Made by a program: the position numbers and the translations under genes. This document shows positions 1 to 7,132 of a stretch of 38,252 bases of DNA, in pieces (the first letter of the stretch is position 1; every line of letters starts with the position of its first letter). Source of the stretch: Escherichia phage E212; the sequence record MZ043897.1; one strand, written 5' to 3'. The notes beneath the pieces are model-generated. The model searched no databases. It saw nothing but the letters and a program-made list of their open reading frames with translations, and had not been told where the DNA came from.

Positions 1-489
1 TTATTTGATAAGAAGTGAAGGTTTCCCAACTTTGAGTTGAGCGCCGGGGATATTTATTCCTGCTTTTAGTTGGTGTTTGATTGCCAGTTTGTCGGCTTTA
101 ATTGTCGTTTCAAACTCAACGTATTCAGGAGGAATGGCGCTTGAGTCGATGATTTCTACAATTTCTGACGGTTTGCGGATTGTTACCTGGTGAATACCTG
201 CTCGAATATTTTTCTTGCCAACCATTTCAAGCGATGACGCTATATATGATTTGATGCTGTCAATCTTATTTTGAATTACTGCGGCTCGCTCATTCAGCGA
301 CTTTGCCTCGTCCTTGAGGCGTTCAGCATAACCAGATTCATTTTTAATAATGGCAAGAAGTTGCTCTATTTTATCGGTAAATTCTCCTTCCATGCCTTCT
401 ATTGTGTCAGCAATCATCTCTGGCTCTAAATCTGAATCCATCAGCTTTGCGTATTCATTGGCTATTTCATACAGTTTGCTCACTGGCAA
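1..489 (-). CDS. Putative DNA-end-binding host-nuclease inhibitor (Mu Gam-like / Gp157-like), recombination module
   Basis: Complete 162-aa ORF with stop at 1-3; coiled-coil-like N-terminal half and a C-terminal region resembling Gam-type end-binding proteins; start overlaps the recT 3' end on the same strand. Confidence 0.4.
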   Translation of the reverse strand: MPVSKLYEIANEYAKLMDSDLEPEMIADTIEGMEGEFTDKIEQLLAIIKNESGYAERLKDEAKSLNERAAVIQNKIDSIKSYIASSLEMVGKKNIRAGIHQVTIRKPSEIVEIIDSSAIPPEYVEFETTIKADKLAIKHQLKAGINIPGAQLKVGKPSLLIK

Positions 490-1369
490 CCTCCAGTTTC
501 GCTTTGCATTCTATGTAAATGGCTTGTACGTTCTGCTGCAATTTCATTCCAGATGTCAGGCGATATGCTTCTGCAAAATATCGCTTCAAATCATCCATGT
601 TTTCTGCCTGAGCCATTTCATCGCAAAGAAGTTGTGCTTTATCCATTATTTCCTGCTGGAGTTTCCGTTCATCTTCGCGGATATCTTCCTCTGATTTGTG
701 CGGCATAACTGGTTCCTGATGCATACCTTCATCTTCGTTAAGCAGGTGAATGGCATTATCCAGTCGCTGGGCTTTAGGCCAGTATTTGCTGGCGCGTTTA
801 ACTATTGTTTTACGCGCCATCTCTTCCCAGAATGTTTTCCACGGTCCATTCTTTGCCTTGCTCGTTGCTTCCACTGCTTTAATTTCTGCCAGACTCATTT
901 CTTCAGTCAGGTAGTCACCATCTGCTGTTTTTACCGTGCAATAACCACCAACAATAGAGCCTCGCTCTCCAAATGCGTTGTATTTGTGAGTTGGTGCTGA
1001 ATCAAGGCCATTTGATTCATAGGTGTCGTTTGAGTACACCAGTTTGCATTGCCCCCACTTAATTGAGCCTGTCGATTGCGCAAGATGAAGTAATCCCATA
1101 TAGCTGATATCAAGGCAAACCATGCCGTCGCGCGGAACTAGATAAGCAAGTTTGCTGGCCGGGTTTAAGGTGATGCCGATCGCCGCAACATTGATGATGG
1201 CGTTCTGTGCGCTGGTTGGATTTGCCAGTGCCGTTTTAGCCAGGTAATCGTTTTTCTGGAAATACTGAATTGCAAACTGGCTTTCCTTAGCCCATGTCAC
1301 CGTCTGTTCAGTCAATGCTCCGCAGAATAACTGCTCCTGCTGTTTAACGAATTCAACGATATTGCTCAT
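467..1369 (-). CDS. recT: RecT-family single-strand annealing recombinase
   Basis: 300-aa ORF; C-terminal segment GPWKTFWEEMARKTIVKRASKYWP matches the conserved RecT motif (E. coli RecT GPWVTHWEEMAKKTAIRRLFKYLP). Confidence 0.85.
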   Translation of the reverse strand: MSNIVEFVKQQEQLFCGALTEQTVTWAKESQFAIQYFQKNDYLAKTALANPTSAQNAIINVAAIGITLNPASKLAYLVPRDGMVCLDISYMGLLHLAQSTGSIKWGQCKLVYSNDTYESNGLDSAPTHKYNAFGERGSIVGGYCTVKTADGDYLTEEMSLAEIKAVEATSKAKNGPWKTFWEEMARKTIVKRASKYWPKAQRLDNAIHLLNEDEGMHQEPVMPHKSEEDIREDERKLQQEIMDKAQLLCDEMAQAENMDDLKRYFAEAYRLTSGMKLQQNVQAIYIECKAKLEVASEQTV

Positions 1370-1677
1370 GCTGCTTCTCCAAAAATGTGTCTGCGCTTGA
1401 ATATTGCGAAGGCATATTCAGCCTTAACTCTTTCGGTTATTGCATCCCAGAACCATTCAGCGGCTTTTTCCTGATAGTTACAGTCATCATCTTCCAGCCA
1501 GTCGATAGCGTCCTTAGTGTGTTCATCTGGTTTATATGAGCGAAGCATTTCGCTTATTGGGTCGCAACGTTTGCAGAGGCGATCAACTTCACTGTTGATT
1601 CGTTCGTAATCTTCATCAGTAAAACTTGCGATTATTTGCGATATTTCACGCTTATCATTCAGAGTCAGAATCATCAT
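1366..1677 (-). CDS. Hypothetical early protein (103 aa), overlaps recT start
   Basis: ORF on the same strand whose stop overlaps the recT start by 4 nt; no recognisable domain. Confidence 0.5.
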   Translation of the reverse strand: MMILTLNDKREISQIIASFTDEDYERINSEVDRLCKRCDPISEMLRSYKPDEHTKDAIDWLEDDDCNYQEKAAEWFWDAITERVKAEYAFAIFKRRHIFGEAA

Positions 1678-1762
1678 CTTTCTCCTGTTCTTTGTGCTGA
1701 TTGAGCATTTTGTTCATCTGACGAATGAATTCTTCGTCTGACCAGTTATCCGTAAAACTCAT
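1655..1762 (-). CDS. Hypothetical small acidic protein (35 aa)
   Basis: ATG at 1762 overlaps the stop of the cIII-like ORF (ATGA); reads MSFTDNWSDEEFIRQMNKMLNQHKEQEKDDDSDSE; 3' end overlaps the next ORF by 23 nt; below the ORF-track size cutoff. Confidence 0.25.
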   Translation of the reverse strand: MSFTDNWSDEEFIRQMNKMLNQHKEQEKDDDSDSE

Positions 1763-1929
1763 GGACGGCCTTGTTGTTTCAAAATATCCCAAAGCTTTTC
1801 GAGCAAACTTTTCATTCTTGGTTGTTTAAAGTCTGCTCCGGTTAAAATATTTTTTCGTGAATGCTGTACCGATAAAATCGGGTTGAAAGGGCGAACCGAT
1901 GCCGCCCCTGCAATAGCGAACTGTTGCAT
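1759..1929 (-). CDS. cIII-like small regulatory protein (tentative)
   Basis: 56-aa ORF starting MQQFAIAG (lambda CIII starts MQYAIAG) with a C-terminal SLLEKLWDILKQQG segment resembling the CIII helix; strong RBS AAGGAG 6 nt upstream; internal Met of track ORF 1759..2034. Confidence 0.4.
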   Translation of the reverse strand: MQQFAIAGAASVRPFNPILSVQHSRKNILTGADFKQPRMKSLLEKLWDILKQQGRP

Positions 1930-1995
1930 AGGATGCTCCTTCTGTTTGATTGCATAACGAAAACGCCTCGAGTGAAGCGTTATTGGTATGCATAT

Positions 1996-2019
1996 AAAAA
2001 GGCCCCCACATCGGAGGGC
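1996..2019 (-). terminator. Intrinsic terminator candidate (tL1-like) between N and the cIII-like gene
   Basis: On the minus strand GCCCUC-CGAUGU-GGGGGC (6-bp stem with one G-U pair) followed by CUUUUUAUAU. Confidence 0.45.
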
Positions 2020-2236
2020 AAAGAAGATTTCCAATAATCAGAACAAGTCGGCTCCTGTTTAGTTACGAGCGACATTGCTCCGTGTATTCACTCGTTGGAA
2101 TGAATACACAGTGCAGTGTTTATTCTGTTGTTTATGCCAAAGATAAAGGCCACTATCAGGCAGCTTTGTTGTTCTGTTTACCAAGTTCTCTGGCAATCAT
2201 TGCCGCCGCTTGAATTGTCCACACCATTGATTTTTA

Positions 2237-2323
2237 TCAATAGTCGTAGTCATACGGATAGTCCTGGTATTGTTCCATCACATCCTGAGGATGCTCTTCG
2301 AACTCTTCAAATTCTTCTTCCAT
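2237..2323 (-). CDS. Highly acidic 28-aa peptide
   Basis: ORF MEEEFEEFEEHPQDVMEQYQDYPYDYDY with a strong RBS (GAGGTGA, 4-nt spacer), directly downstream of the N-like gene; below the ORF-track cutoff. Confidence 0.3.
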   Translation of the reverse strand: MEEEFEEFEEHPQDVMEQYQDYPYDYDY

Positions 2324-2381
2324 ATCTCACCTCAAATAAGTGGTTTGCTGCCTAATTTCATTTTCTGGCGACCAACACAAG

Positions 2382-2654
2382 TCATCTTGCTGTCAGCTGT
2401 TTGGATTTCCTGTAGCCTGCCGCGTAAATGGCTACATTTGGAAGACAAGTTGAGCCTTCATATTTTCTGGTCAACGTTGTCAGTGTTATTACTTCTGCTC
2501 TCATTACTGGTTTGCGTTTGCATTGTAAGACCACTCGTGAAGGGGTTGGCCTGTGTAGCTTGTCAGAGCTGATCGCCTCCTGACTTTGCAGGTTTGCACG
2601 ACGAGCTCTACGGCGAGAAGCTGCGGTGCCTTTAAATTCTGTTTTTCTGGACAT
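2382..2654 (-). CDS. N-like transcription antiterminator (P22 gene 24-like)
   Basis: 90-aa ORF from the internal Met of track ORF 2382..2726; N-terminal arginine-rich motif (GTAASRRRARRA); C-terminal YAAGYRKSKQLTAR resembles P22 gp24; RBS GGGAGG 5 nt upstream. Confidence 0.7.
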   Translation of the reverse strand: MSRKTEFKGTAASRRRARRANLQSQEAISSDKLHRPTPSRVVLQCKRKPVMRAEVITLTTLTRKYEGSTCLPNVAIYAAGYRKSKQLTAR

Positions 2655-2679
2655 AGATTCCTCCCGAATAAACTTTGGC

Positions 2680-2727
2680 GATGCAATCTCGAAGCTCCTC
2701 CTGAGACGGTTGCTTCGGCATTGCATC
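2680..2727 (-). promoter_or_regulatory. Large imperfect inverted repeat in the N leader (candidate RNase III-type processing hairpin)
   Basis: GATGCAATCTCGAAGC ... GCTTCGGCATTGCATC, about 15-bp arms around a 16-nt loop, between the nutL-like site and the N RBS. Confidence 0.4.
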
Positions 2728-2752
2728 CCACAGCTTATATGGTTGGGTGATC

Positions 2753-2799
2753 TGGCTTTTCAGCCACGTAGTCGAGTGTTCGACGTTGTTTAAAGAGCC
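2753..2799 (-). promoter_or_regulatory. nutL candidate (boxA-like plus two hairpins, the second with a GAAAA-type loop)
   Basis: Transcript reads GGCUCUUUA-AACAAC-GUCGAACACUCGAC-UACG-UGGCUGAAAAGCCA; the same architecture recurs at the nutR candidate. Confidence 0.45.
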
Positions 2800-2844
2800 T
2801 GCCAGTCTGCTCCGTTTGGCTTACAGCGTCCTGCTGACGGTTAA

Positions 2845-2873
2845 ATAGTACGATATGTACTTTATTGGGTCAA
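2845..2873 (-). promoter_or_regulatory. pL candidate promoter
   Basis: Minus-strand TTGACC, 17-bp spacer, TACTAT, about 40 nt upstream of the boxA-like element; overlapped by a palindromic operator candidate. Confidence 0.4.
2847..2861. promoter_or_regulatory. oL operator candidate (AGTAC-N5-GTACT)
   Basis: AGTACGATATGTACT inverted repeat overlapping the pL -10 and spacer; related half-sites occur in the cI-cro intergenic region. Confidence 0.4.
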
Positions 2874-3060
2874 TACAATTTGTTCTAAAATGGGGTGATT
2901 TTTTATAACGCTTTGTATTTAATAGTGTTGTTTTTTAGCGTGGGTGTATCGCCTCGGCGATGTAAGGAGAGATCAGAATTGCGTGGTTTAGTGAGTTGTA
3001 TCTATTTATTTTTCAATAAATACATTTGGTTATGTGTCTTTAGGTGGGGGCGTGAGGCAA

Positions 3061-3086
3061 AGAAAACCCGGCTCGGTGGCCGGGTT
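3061..3086 (-). terminator. Intrinsic terminator candidate just downstream of the NYN-domain gene
   Basis: AACCCGGC/GCCGGGTT 8-bp stem with 6-nt loop; on the minus strand it is followed by UUUUCUUU. Confidence 0.45.
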
Positions 3087-3093
3087 GATGGGA

Positions 3094-3951
3094 TTATCGT
3101 TTATTTCTTTGATGTTTCTTTGCAGACTCAGCTTGAGTGTTTCCATACCTGCGTTTACCGCTATTGTTTTTTCCTCTAGGCTTGCCTTTTTTTCGATCTT
3201 CCCACCAGTCAGGTGCCGGGTCTGGCTCAACATGTAAAGCATCGGCAAGTCCTGATATCAAGCTGTATGACTGAACTCCATCAATGTGCTCTGACAGTGA
3301 TGGGGTAACATTCTGTCTTAGTGGATCAAGAATAAAATCAATACCTTTAATTCTGGCGTGTTTGGCGGCAGGCACAAAGTCTGAGTCCCCAGCAACAAGG
3401 ACAATTACATCAACAAGTTTTTCATAAGCTAAAGTCGTGATATCCATCCCTAGCTTGATATCAACTTGTTTTTGTTTGATGTCATAGTAAAAATCATCAT
3501 TTGTCAGTTCATCCCATTTTTTCGTTCCTTTCATCAGAGCATCAAGGGAGAATGTAGTTAGTTGCCATCGCTTATTATCAACAAGATTCCCTAATCTTAA
3601 GGCTGTTTTTCGAGTTTTTCTTAACTCTTCATGCAGCTCCGTTCTCAGAATATATGATTTTTCGAGTTTGAAATTCTTGCGACCAGGCGTCTTATTGCCA
3701 GGCTCAGGAAGTGGAAGGCGTGTTTGAATGTCGAGTGGTGGACAGTCATAGAAGTAAATTCTATAAAGCTCAAGCGGTTCCCTACGTTCTTGTGATTGAC
3801 GTTTTCCATTAAGATGGGAAAGAACCATTGACCATATTACTTTCATTATGCATTGCGCAGTCAGTTCATGCTCGGCGAAGTGTTTACGATGCGTAGCATG
3901 AACACGCTGCATGAAAAAACCCGCATCAATTAAAATTGCTGCTTTCTTCAT
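3094..3951 (-). CDS. NYN/LabA-like (PIN-like) domain protein with basic C-terminal tail; putative nuclease in the rexAB position
   Basis: 285-aa ORF; N-terminal AAILIDAGFF and downstream IVLVAGDSDFVPAAK motifs are typical of NYN/LabA-like domains; Lys/Arg-rich C-terminal 40 aa; immediately downstream of cI on the same strand. Confidence 0.6.
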   Translation of the reverse strand: MKKAAILIDAGFFMQRVHATHRKHFAEHELTAQCIMKVIWSMVLSHLNGKRQSQERREPLELYRIYFYDCPPLDIQTRLPLPEPGNKTPGRKNFKLEKSYILRTELHEELRKTRKTALRLGNLVDNKRWQLTTFSLDALMKGTKKWDELTNDDFYYDIKQKQVDIKLGMDITTLAYEKLVDVIVLVAGDSDFVPAAKHARIKGIDFILDPLRQNVTPSLSEHIDGVQSYSLISGLADALHVEPDPAPDWWEDRKKGKPRGKNNSGKRRYGNTQAESAKKHQRNKR

Positions 3952-3960
3952 AAGAGTCCC

Positions 3961-4022
3961 AAAAAAATAGCCCAGAGCCGTTATGCAGATATTAACAATT
4001 GTCTGCGAACGGGGCTGGGCTT
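3961..4022 (-). terminator. Long structured hairpin with U-tract between cI and the NYN gene (terminator or attenuator candidate)
   Basis: Minus-strand arms AGCCCAGCCCCGUU / AACGGCUCUGGGCU (12 pairs with a 2-nt internal loop) enclosing an inner hairpin GCAGA...UCUGC, followed by AUUUUUUU; sits 60 nt after the cI stop, and its U-tract ends 10 nt before the NYN start codon. Confidence 0.5.
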
Positions 4023-4078
4023 GGTTTAATTAATCTATGCCAAGTTGACTGTGCCGTCAACATAAAACTTACTTCCTA

Positions 4079-4738
4079 TCACCCAAACGTCTCTTCAGGC
4101 CACTGACTAGCGATAACTTTCCCCACAACGGAACAACTCTCATTGCATGGGATCATTGGGTATTGTGGGTTTAGTGGCTGTAGAAACACCTGACCGCTAT
4201 CCCTGATCAGTTTCTTGAAGGTAAACTCATCACCACCAAGTCTGGCTATACAGAAATCGCCTGGCTCAACAGCCTGCTCAGGGTCAACCAGAATTAACAT
4301 CCCGTCAGGAAAGCTGGGCTTGGATCCTGTTGGTGCGGTCATGGAATTACCTTCAACCTCAAGCCAGAATGCAGAGCCACTGGCTTTTTTGGTTGTGCTT
4401 ACCAATCTCTCCGCATCGCCTTTGGTAAAGGTTCTGAGTTCTGGAGAGAACATCCCAGCCTGAACATGAGAAAATACAGGGTACTCATATTGTTTTTTAA
4501 CTGGGGCCGATGAGTATTCGCCAACAGGTGAAAATGTCCCGTCGTGGTTGAATGATATGTTATCAATACCAAGGTATTTAAACACCACACCAATATCACT
4601 AAGAGATGGATGACGAGATCCGCGCAACCAGTGTCCAATCCCACCCTGCGTCATACCTAGCTCTTCGGCTAACTTCTCTTGAGTTATGCCGAGCTCTTTC
4701 ATTCTGGATCTAGCCAGTTCATACCATTTCATTTTCAT
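4079..4738 (-). CDS. cI: CI repressor, hybrid: novel N-terminal HTH domain fused to a lambda-cI-type C-terminal S24 (LexA-like) domain
   Basis: C-terminal about 135 aa ([13 protein letters not shown]...[12 protein letters not shown]) near-identical to lambda cI; N-terminal about 85 aa ([37 protein letters not shown]...) unrelated to lambda cI; start taken at the internal Met with RBS AAGGA. Confidence 0.9.
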   Translation of the reverse strand: MKMKWYELARSRMKELGITQEKLAEELGMTQGGIGHWLRGSRHPSLSDIGVVFKYLGIDNISFNHDGTFSPVGEYSSAPVKKQYEYPVFSHVQAGMFSPELRTFTKGDAERLVSTTKKASGSAFWLEVEGNSMTAPTGSKPSFPDGMLILVDPEQAVEPGDFCIARLGGDEFTFKKLIRDSGQVFLQPLNPQYPMIPCNESCSVVGKVIASQWPEETFG

Positions 4739-4773
4739 GTCCTTATTATTACGCTCTGTACTGGAACCATCCA

Positions 4774-4820
4774 TGCACAATGTGTATTTTTGCTTGTATT
4801 TGGAAAGTACATATTGTATT
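4774..4820. promoter_or_regulatory. oR operator candidates in the cI-cro divergent region
   Basis: TGCACAATGTGTATT (4774-4788) and AGTACATATTGTATT (4806-4820) resemble the oL palindrome AGTACGATATGTACT; exact pR/pRM hexamers not resolved. Confidence 0.35.
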
Positions 4821-4848
4821 TTTTATTCGAGGTTACTATGGAGGGCAT

Positions 4849-5064
4849 ATGAGCAACCTACGAAAATATCGAGAGTCACTGAATATCTCTCAAACAACAC
4901 TTGCTAAGGCAGTTGGATGCACACAGGGAGCTATCGGACATTGGGAATCTGGTCGTCGCTTCCCAGACCTTAAAACATGCCGTGCTCTTGTTGCGTGCCT
5001 AAATAAGTTAGGCGCAAAAGTAAGTCTTGATGACGTGTTCCCGCCGGAACACAAAGCCGCTTAA
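4849..5064 (+). CDS. cro: Cro-like HTH repressor
   Basis: 71-aa ORF divergent from cI; HTH segment ISQTTLAKAVGCTQGAIGHWESG shares its type with the cI N-terminus; RBS GGAGGG. Confidence 0.8.
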   Translation: MSNLRKYRESLNISQTTLAKAVGCTQGAIGHWESGRRFPDLKTCRALVACLNKLGAKVSLDDVFPPEHKAA

Positions 5065-5074
5065 TAAGCGGAGC

Positions 5075-5120
5075 CGCTCTTTGTAACAACGGACATTCGT
5101 CCTACGTCGCTGAAAAGCGA
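5075..5120 (+). promoter_or_regulatory. nutR candidate (boxA-like CGCTCTTTG plus two hairpins, the second with a GAAAA-type loop)
   Basis: CGCUCUUUG-UAACAAC-GGACAUUCGUCC-UACG-UCGCUGAAAAGCGA; parallels the nutL candidate element for element. Confidence 0.45.
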
Positions 5121-5205
5121 GTCCCAAGATATCTGACCAACTAAGGCCATATGCGTTTCCACGCATACCTTTCAACTAACTATTCACTATTGGAAATCTT
5201 AAGAA

Positions 5206-5502
5206 ATGGAACGAACAAGTTACAGCAAACTATCACAGCGTGACGTTGATCGCGCAGAAACAGATTTACTCATCAACCTATCAACGCTTACCCAGCGCGG
5301 TCTGGCAAAGATGATTGGCTGTCATGAATCGAAGATAAGCAGAACGGACTGGAGATTTATTGCTTCGGTCTTGTGTGCTTTCGGAATGGCATCAGACATC
5401 AGTCCGATTAGCAGGGCTTTTAAGTATGCGCTTGATGAAATCACAAAGAAAAAATCCCCGGCCGCCACCGAGGATTTTAAGCAAATTGATATGCAATTCT
5501 GA
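5206..5502 (+). CDS. cII: CII-like transcriptional activator
   Basis: 98-aa ORF; C-terminus KKKSPAATEDFKQIDMQF resembles lambda CII KKRPAATERSEQIQMEF; HTH in the middle. Confidence 0.8.
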   Translation: MERTSYSKLSQRDVDRAETDLLINLSTLTQRGLAKMIGCHESKISRTDWRFIASVLCAFGMASDISPISRAFKYALDEITKKKSPAATEDFKQIDMQF

Positions 5503-5534
5503 GGGAATTACTGGATCAATCTACAGGGGTCATT

Positions 5535-6434
5535 ATGACAAATACAGCAAAAATACTCAACTTCTGCAGAGGTAACTTTGCCGAACAGGAGCGTAATGTG
5601 GCAGATCTCGATGATGGTTACGCCAGACTATCAAATATGCTGCTTGAGGCTTATTCAGGCGCAGATCTGACCAAGCGACAGTTTAAAGTGCTGCTTGCCA
5701 TTCTGCGTAAAACCTATGGGTGGAATAAACCAATGGACAGAATCACCGATTCTCAACTTAGCGAGATTACAAAGTTACCTGTCAAACGGTGCAATGAAGC
5801 CAAGTTAGAGCTCGTCAGAATGAATATTATCAAGCAGCAAGGCGGCATGTTTGGACCAAATAAAAACATCTCAGAATGGTGTATCCCTCAAAACGAGGGA
5901 AAATCCCCTAAAACGAGGGATAAAACATCCCTCAAATTGGGGGATTGCTATCCCTCAAAACAGGGGAACACAAAAGACACTAATACAAAAGAAAAAAGAA
6001 AAGATTATTCGTCAGAGAATTCTGGCGAATCCTCTGACCAGCCAGAAAACGATCTTTCTGTGGTTAAACCGGATGCTGCAATTCAGAGCGGCAGCAAGTG
6101 GGGAACAGCAGAAGACCTGACCGCCGCAGAGTGGATGTTTGACATGGTGAAGACCATCGCGCCATCAGCCAGAAAACCGAATTTTGCTGGGTGGGCTAAC
6201 GATATCCGCCTGATGCGTGAACGTGACGGACGTAACCACCGCGATATGTGTGTGCTTTTCCGCTGGGCCTGCCAGGACAACTTCTGGTCCGGTAACGTGC
6301 TGAGTCCGGCCAAACTCCGCGACAAGTGGACCCAGCTCGAAATCAACCGTAACAAGCAACAGGCAGGCGTGACAGCCAGCAAACCAAAACTCGACCTGAC
6401 AAACACTGACTGGATTTACGGGGTGGATTTATGA
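5535..6434 (+). CDS. O: Replication initiation protein O (lambda-type)
   Basis: 299-aa ORF essentially identical to lambda O (MTNTAKILNF...DWIYGVDL); contains the ori iterons. Confidence 0.95.
   Translation: MTNTAKILNFCRGNFAEQERNVADLDDGYARLSNMLLEAYSGADLTKRQFKVLLAILRKTYGWNKPMDRITDSQLSEITKLPVKRCNEAKLELVRMNIIKQQGGMFGPNKNISEWCIPQNEGKSPKTRDKTSLKLGDCYPSKQGNTKDTNTKEKRKDYSSENSGESSDQPENDLSVVKPDAAIQSGSKWGTAEDLTAAEWMFDMVKTIAPSARKPNFAGWANDIRLMRERDGRNHRDMCVLFRWACQDNFWSGNVLSPAKLRDKWTQLEINRNKQQAGVTASKPKLDLTNTDWIYGVDL
5883..6010. repeat. ori-lambda-type origin: four iterons plus AT-rich tract inside O
   Basis: Four copies of TCCCTCAAAACGAGGGA-like inverted-repeat iterons (5883-5962) followed by an A-rich stretch. 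Confidence 0.85.
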
Positions 6435-7132
6435 AAAACATCGCCGCACAGATGGTTAACTTTGACCGTGAGCAGATGCGTCGGATCGCCAACAACATGC
6501 CGGAACAGTACGACGAAAAGCCGCAGGTACAACAGGTAGCGCAGATCATCAATGGTGTGTTCAGCCAGTTACTGGCAACTTTCCCGGCGAGCCTGGCTAA
6601 CCGGGACCAGAACGAACTGAACGAAATCCGCCGCCAGTGGGTGCTGGCTTTCCGGGAAAACGGGATCACCACGATGGAACAGGTTAACGCAGGAATGCGC
6701 GTAGCCCGTCGGCAGAATCGACCATTTCTGCCATCACCCGGGCAGTTTGTTGCATGGTGCCGGGAAGAAGCATCCGTTACCGCCGGACTGCCAAACGTCA
6801 GCGAGCTGGTTGATATGGTTTACGAGTATTGCCGGAAGCGAGGCCTGTATCCGGATGCGGAGTCTTATCCGTGGAAATCAAACGCGCACTACTGGCTGGT
6901 TACCAACCTGTATCAGAACATGCGGGCCAATGCGCTTACTGATGCGGAATTACGCCGTAAGGCCGCAGATGAGCTTGTCCATATGACTGCGAGAATTAAC
7001 CGTGGTGAGGCGATCCCTGAACCAGTAAAACAACTTCCTGTCATGGGCGGTAGACCTCTAAATCGTGCACAGGCTCTGGCGAAGATCGCAGAAATCAAAG
7101 CTAAGTTCGGACTGAAAGGAGCAAGTGTATGA
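6431..7132 (+). CDS. P: Replication protein P (helicase loader, lambda-type)
   Basis: 233-aa ORF matching lambda P along its length; start overlaps the O stop. Confidence 0.95.
   Translation: MKNIAAQMVNFDREQMRRIANNMPEQYDEKPQVQQVAQIINGVFSQLLATFPASLANRDQNELNEIRRQWVLAFRENGITTMEQVNAGMRVARRQNRPFLPSPGQFVAWCREEASVTAGLPNVSELVDMVYEYCRKRGLYPDAESYPWKSNAHYWLVTNLYQNMRANALTDAELRRKAADELVHMTARINRGEAIPEPVKQLPVMGGRPLNRAQALAKIAEIKAKFGLKGASV

Noticed and set aside
1826-2011. 61-aa minus-strand ORF overlapping the cIII-like gene in another frame
   Set aside because: The cIII-like frame has the strong RBS and the homology; this alternative frame has neither.
2116-2572. Plus-strand ORFs (79 and 100 aa) in the N to cIII interval
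   Set aside because: They are antisense to the leftward early operon, overlap the N-like gene and the acidic peptide, and have no RBS.
3030-3248. Overlapping 72-aa and 67-aa ORFs at the NYN gene 3' end
   Set aside because: They overlap the NYN C-terminal coding region and its terminator and have no independent signals.
6083-6672. Minus-strand ORFs (107, 64 and 109 aa) antisense to O and P
   Set aside because: They lie entirely within well-supported lambda-type O and P coding sequence; typical antisense artefacts of GC-rich coding DNA.
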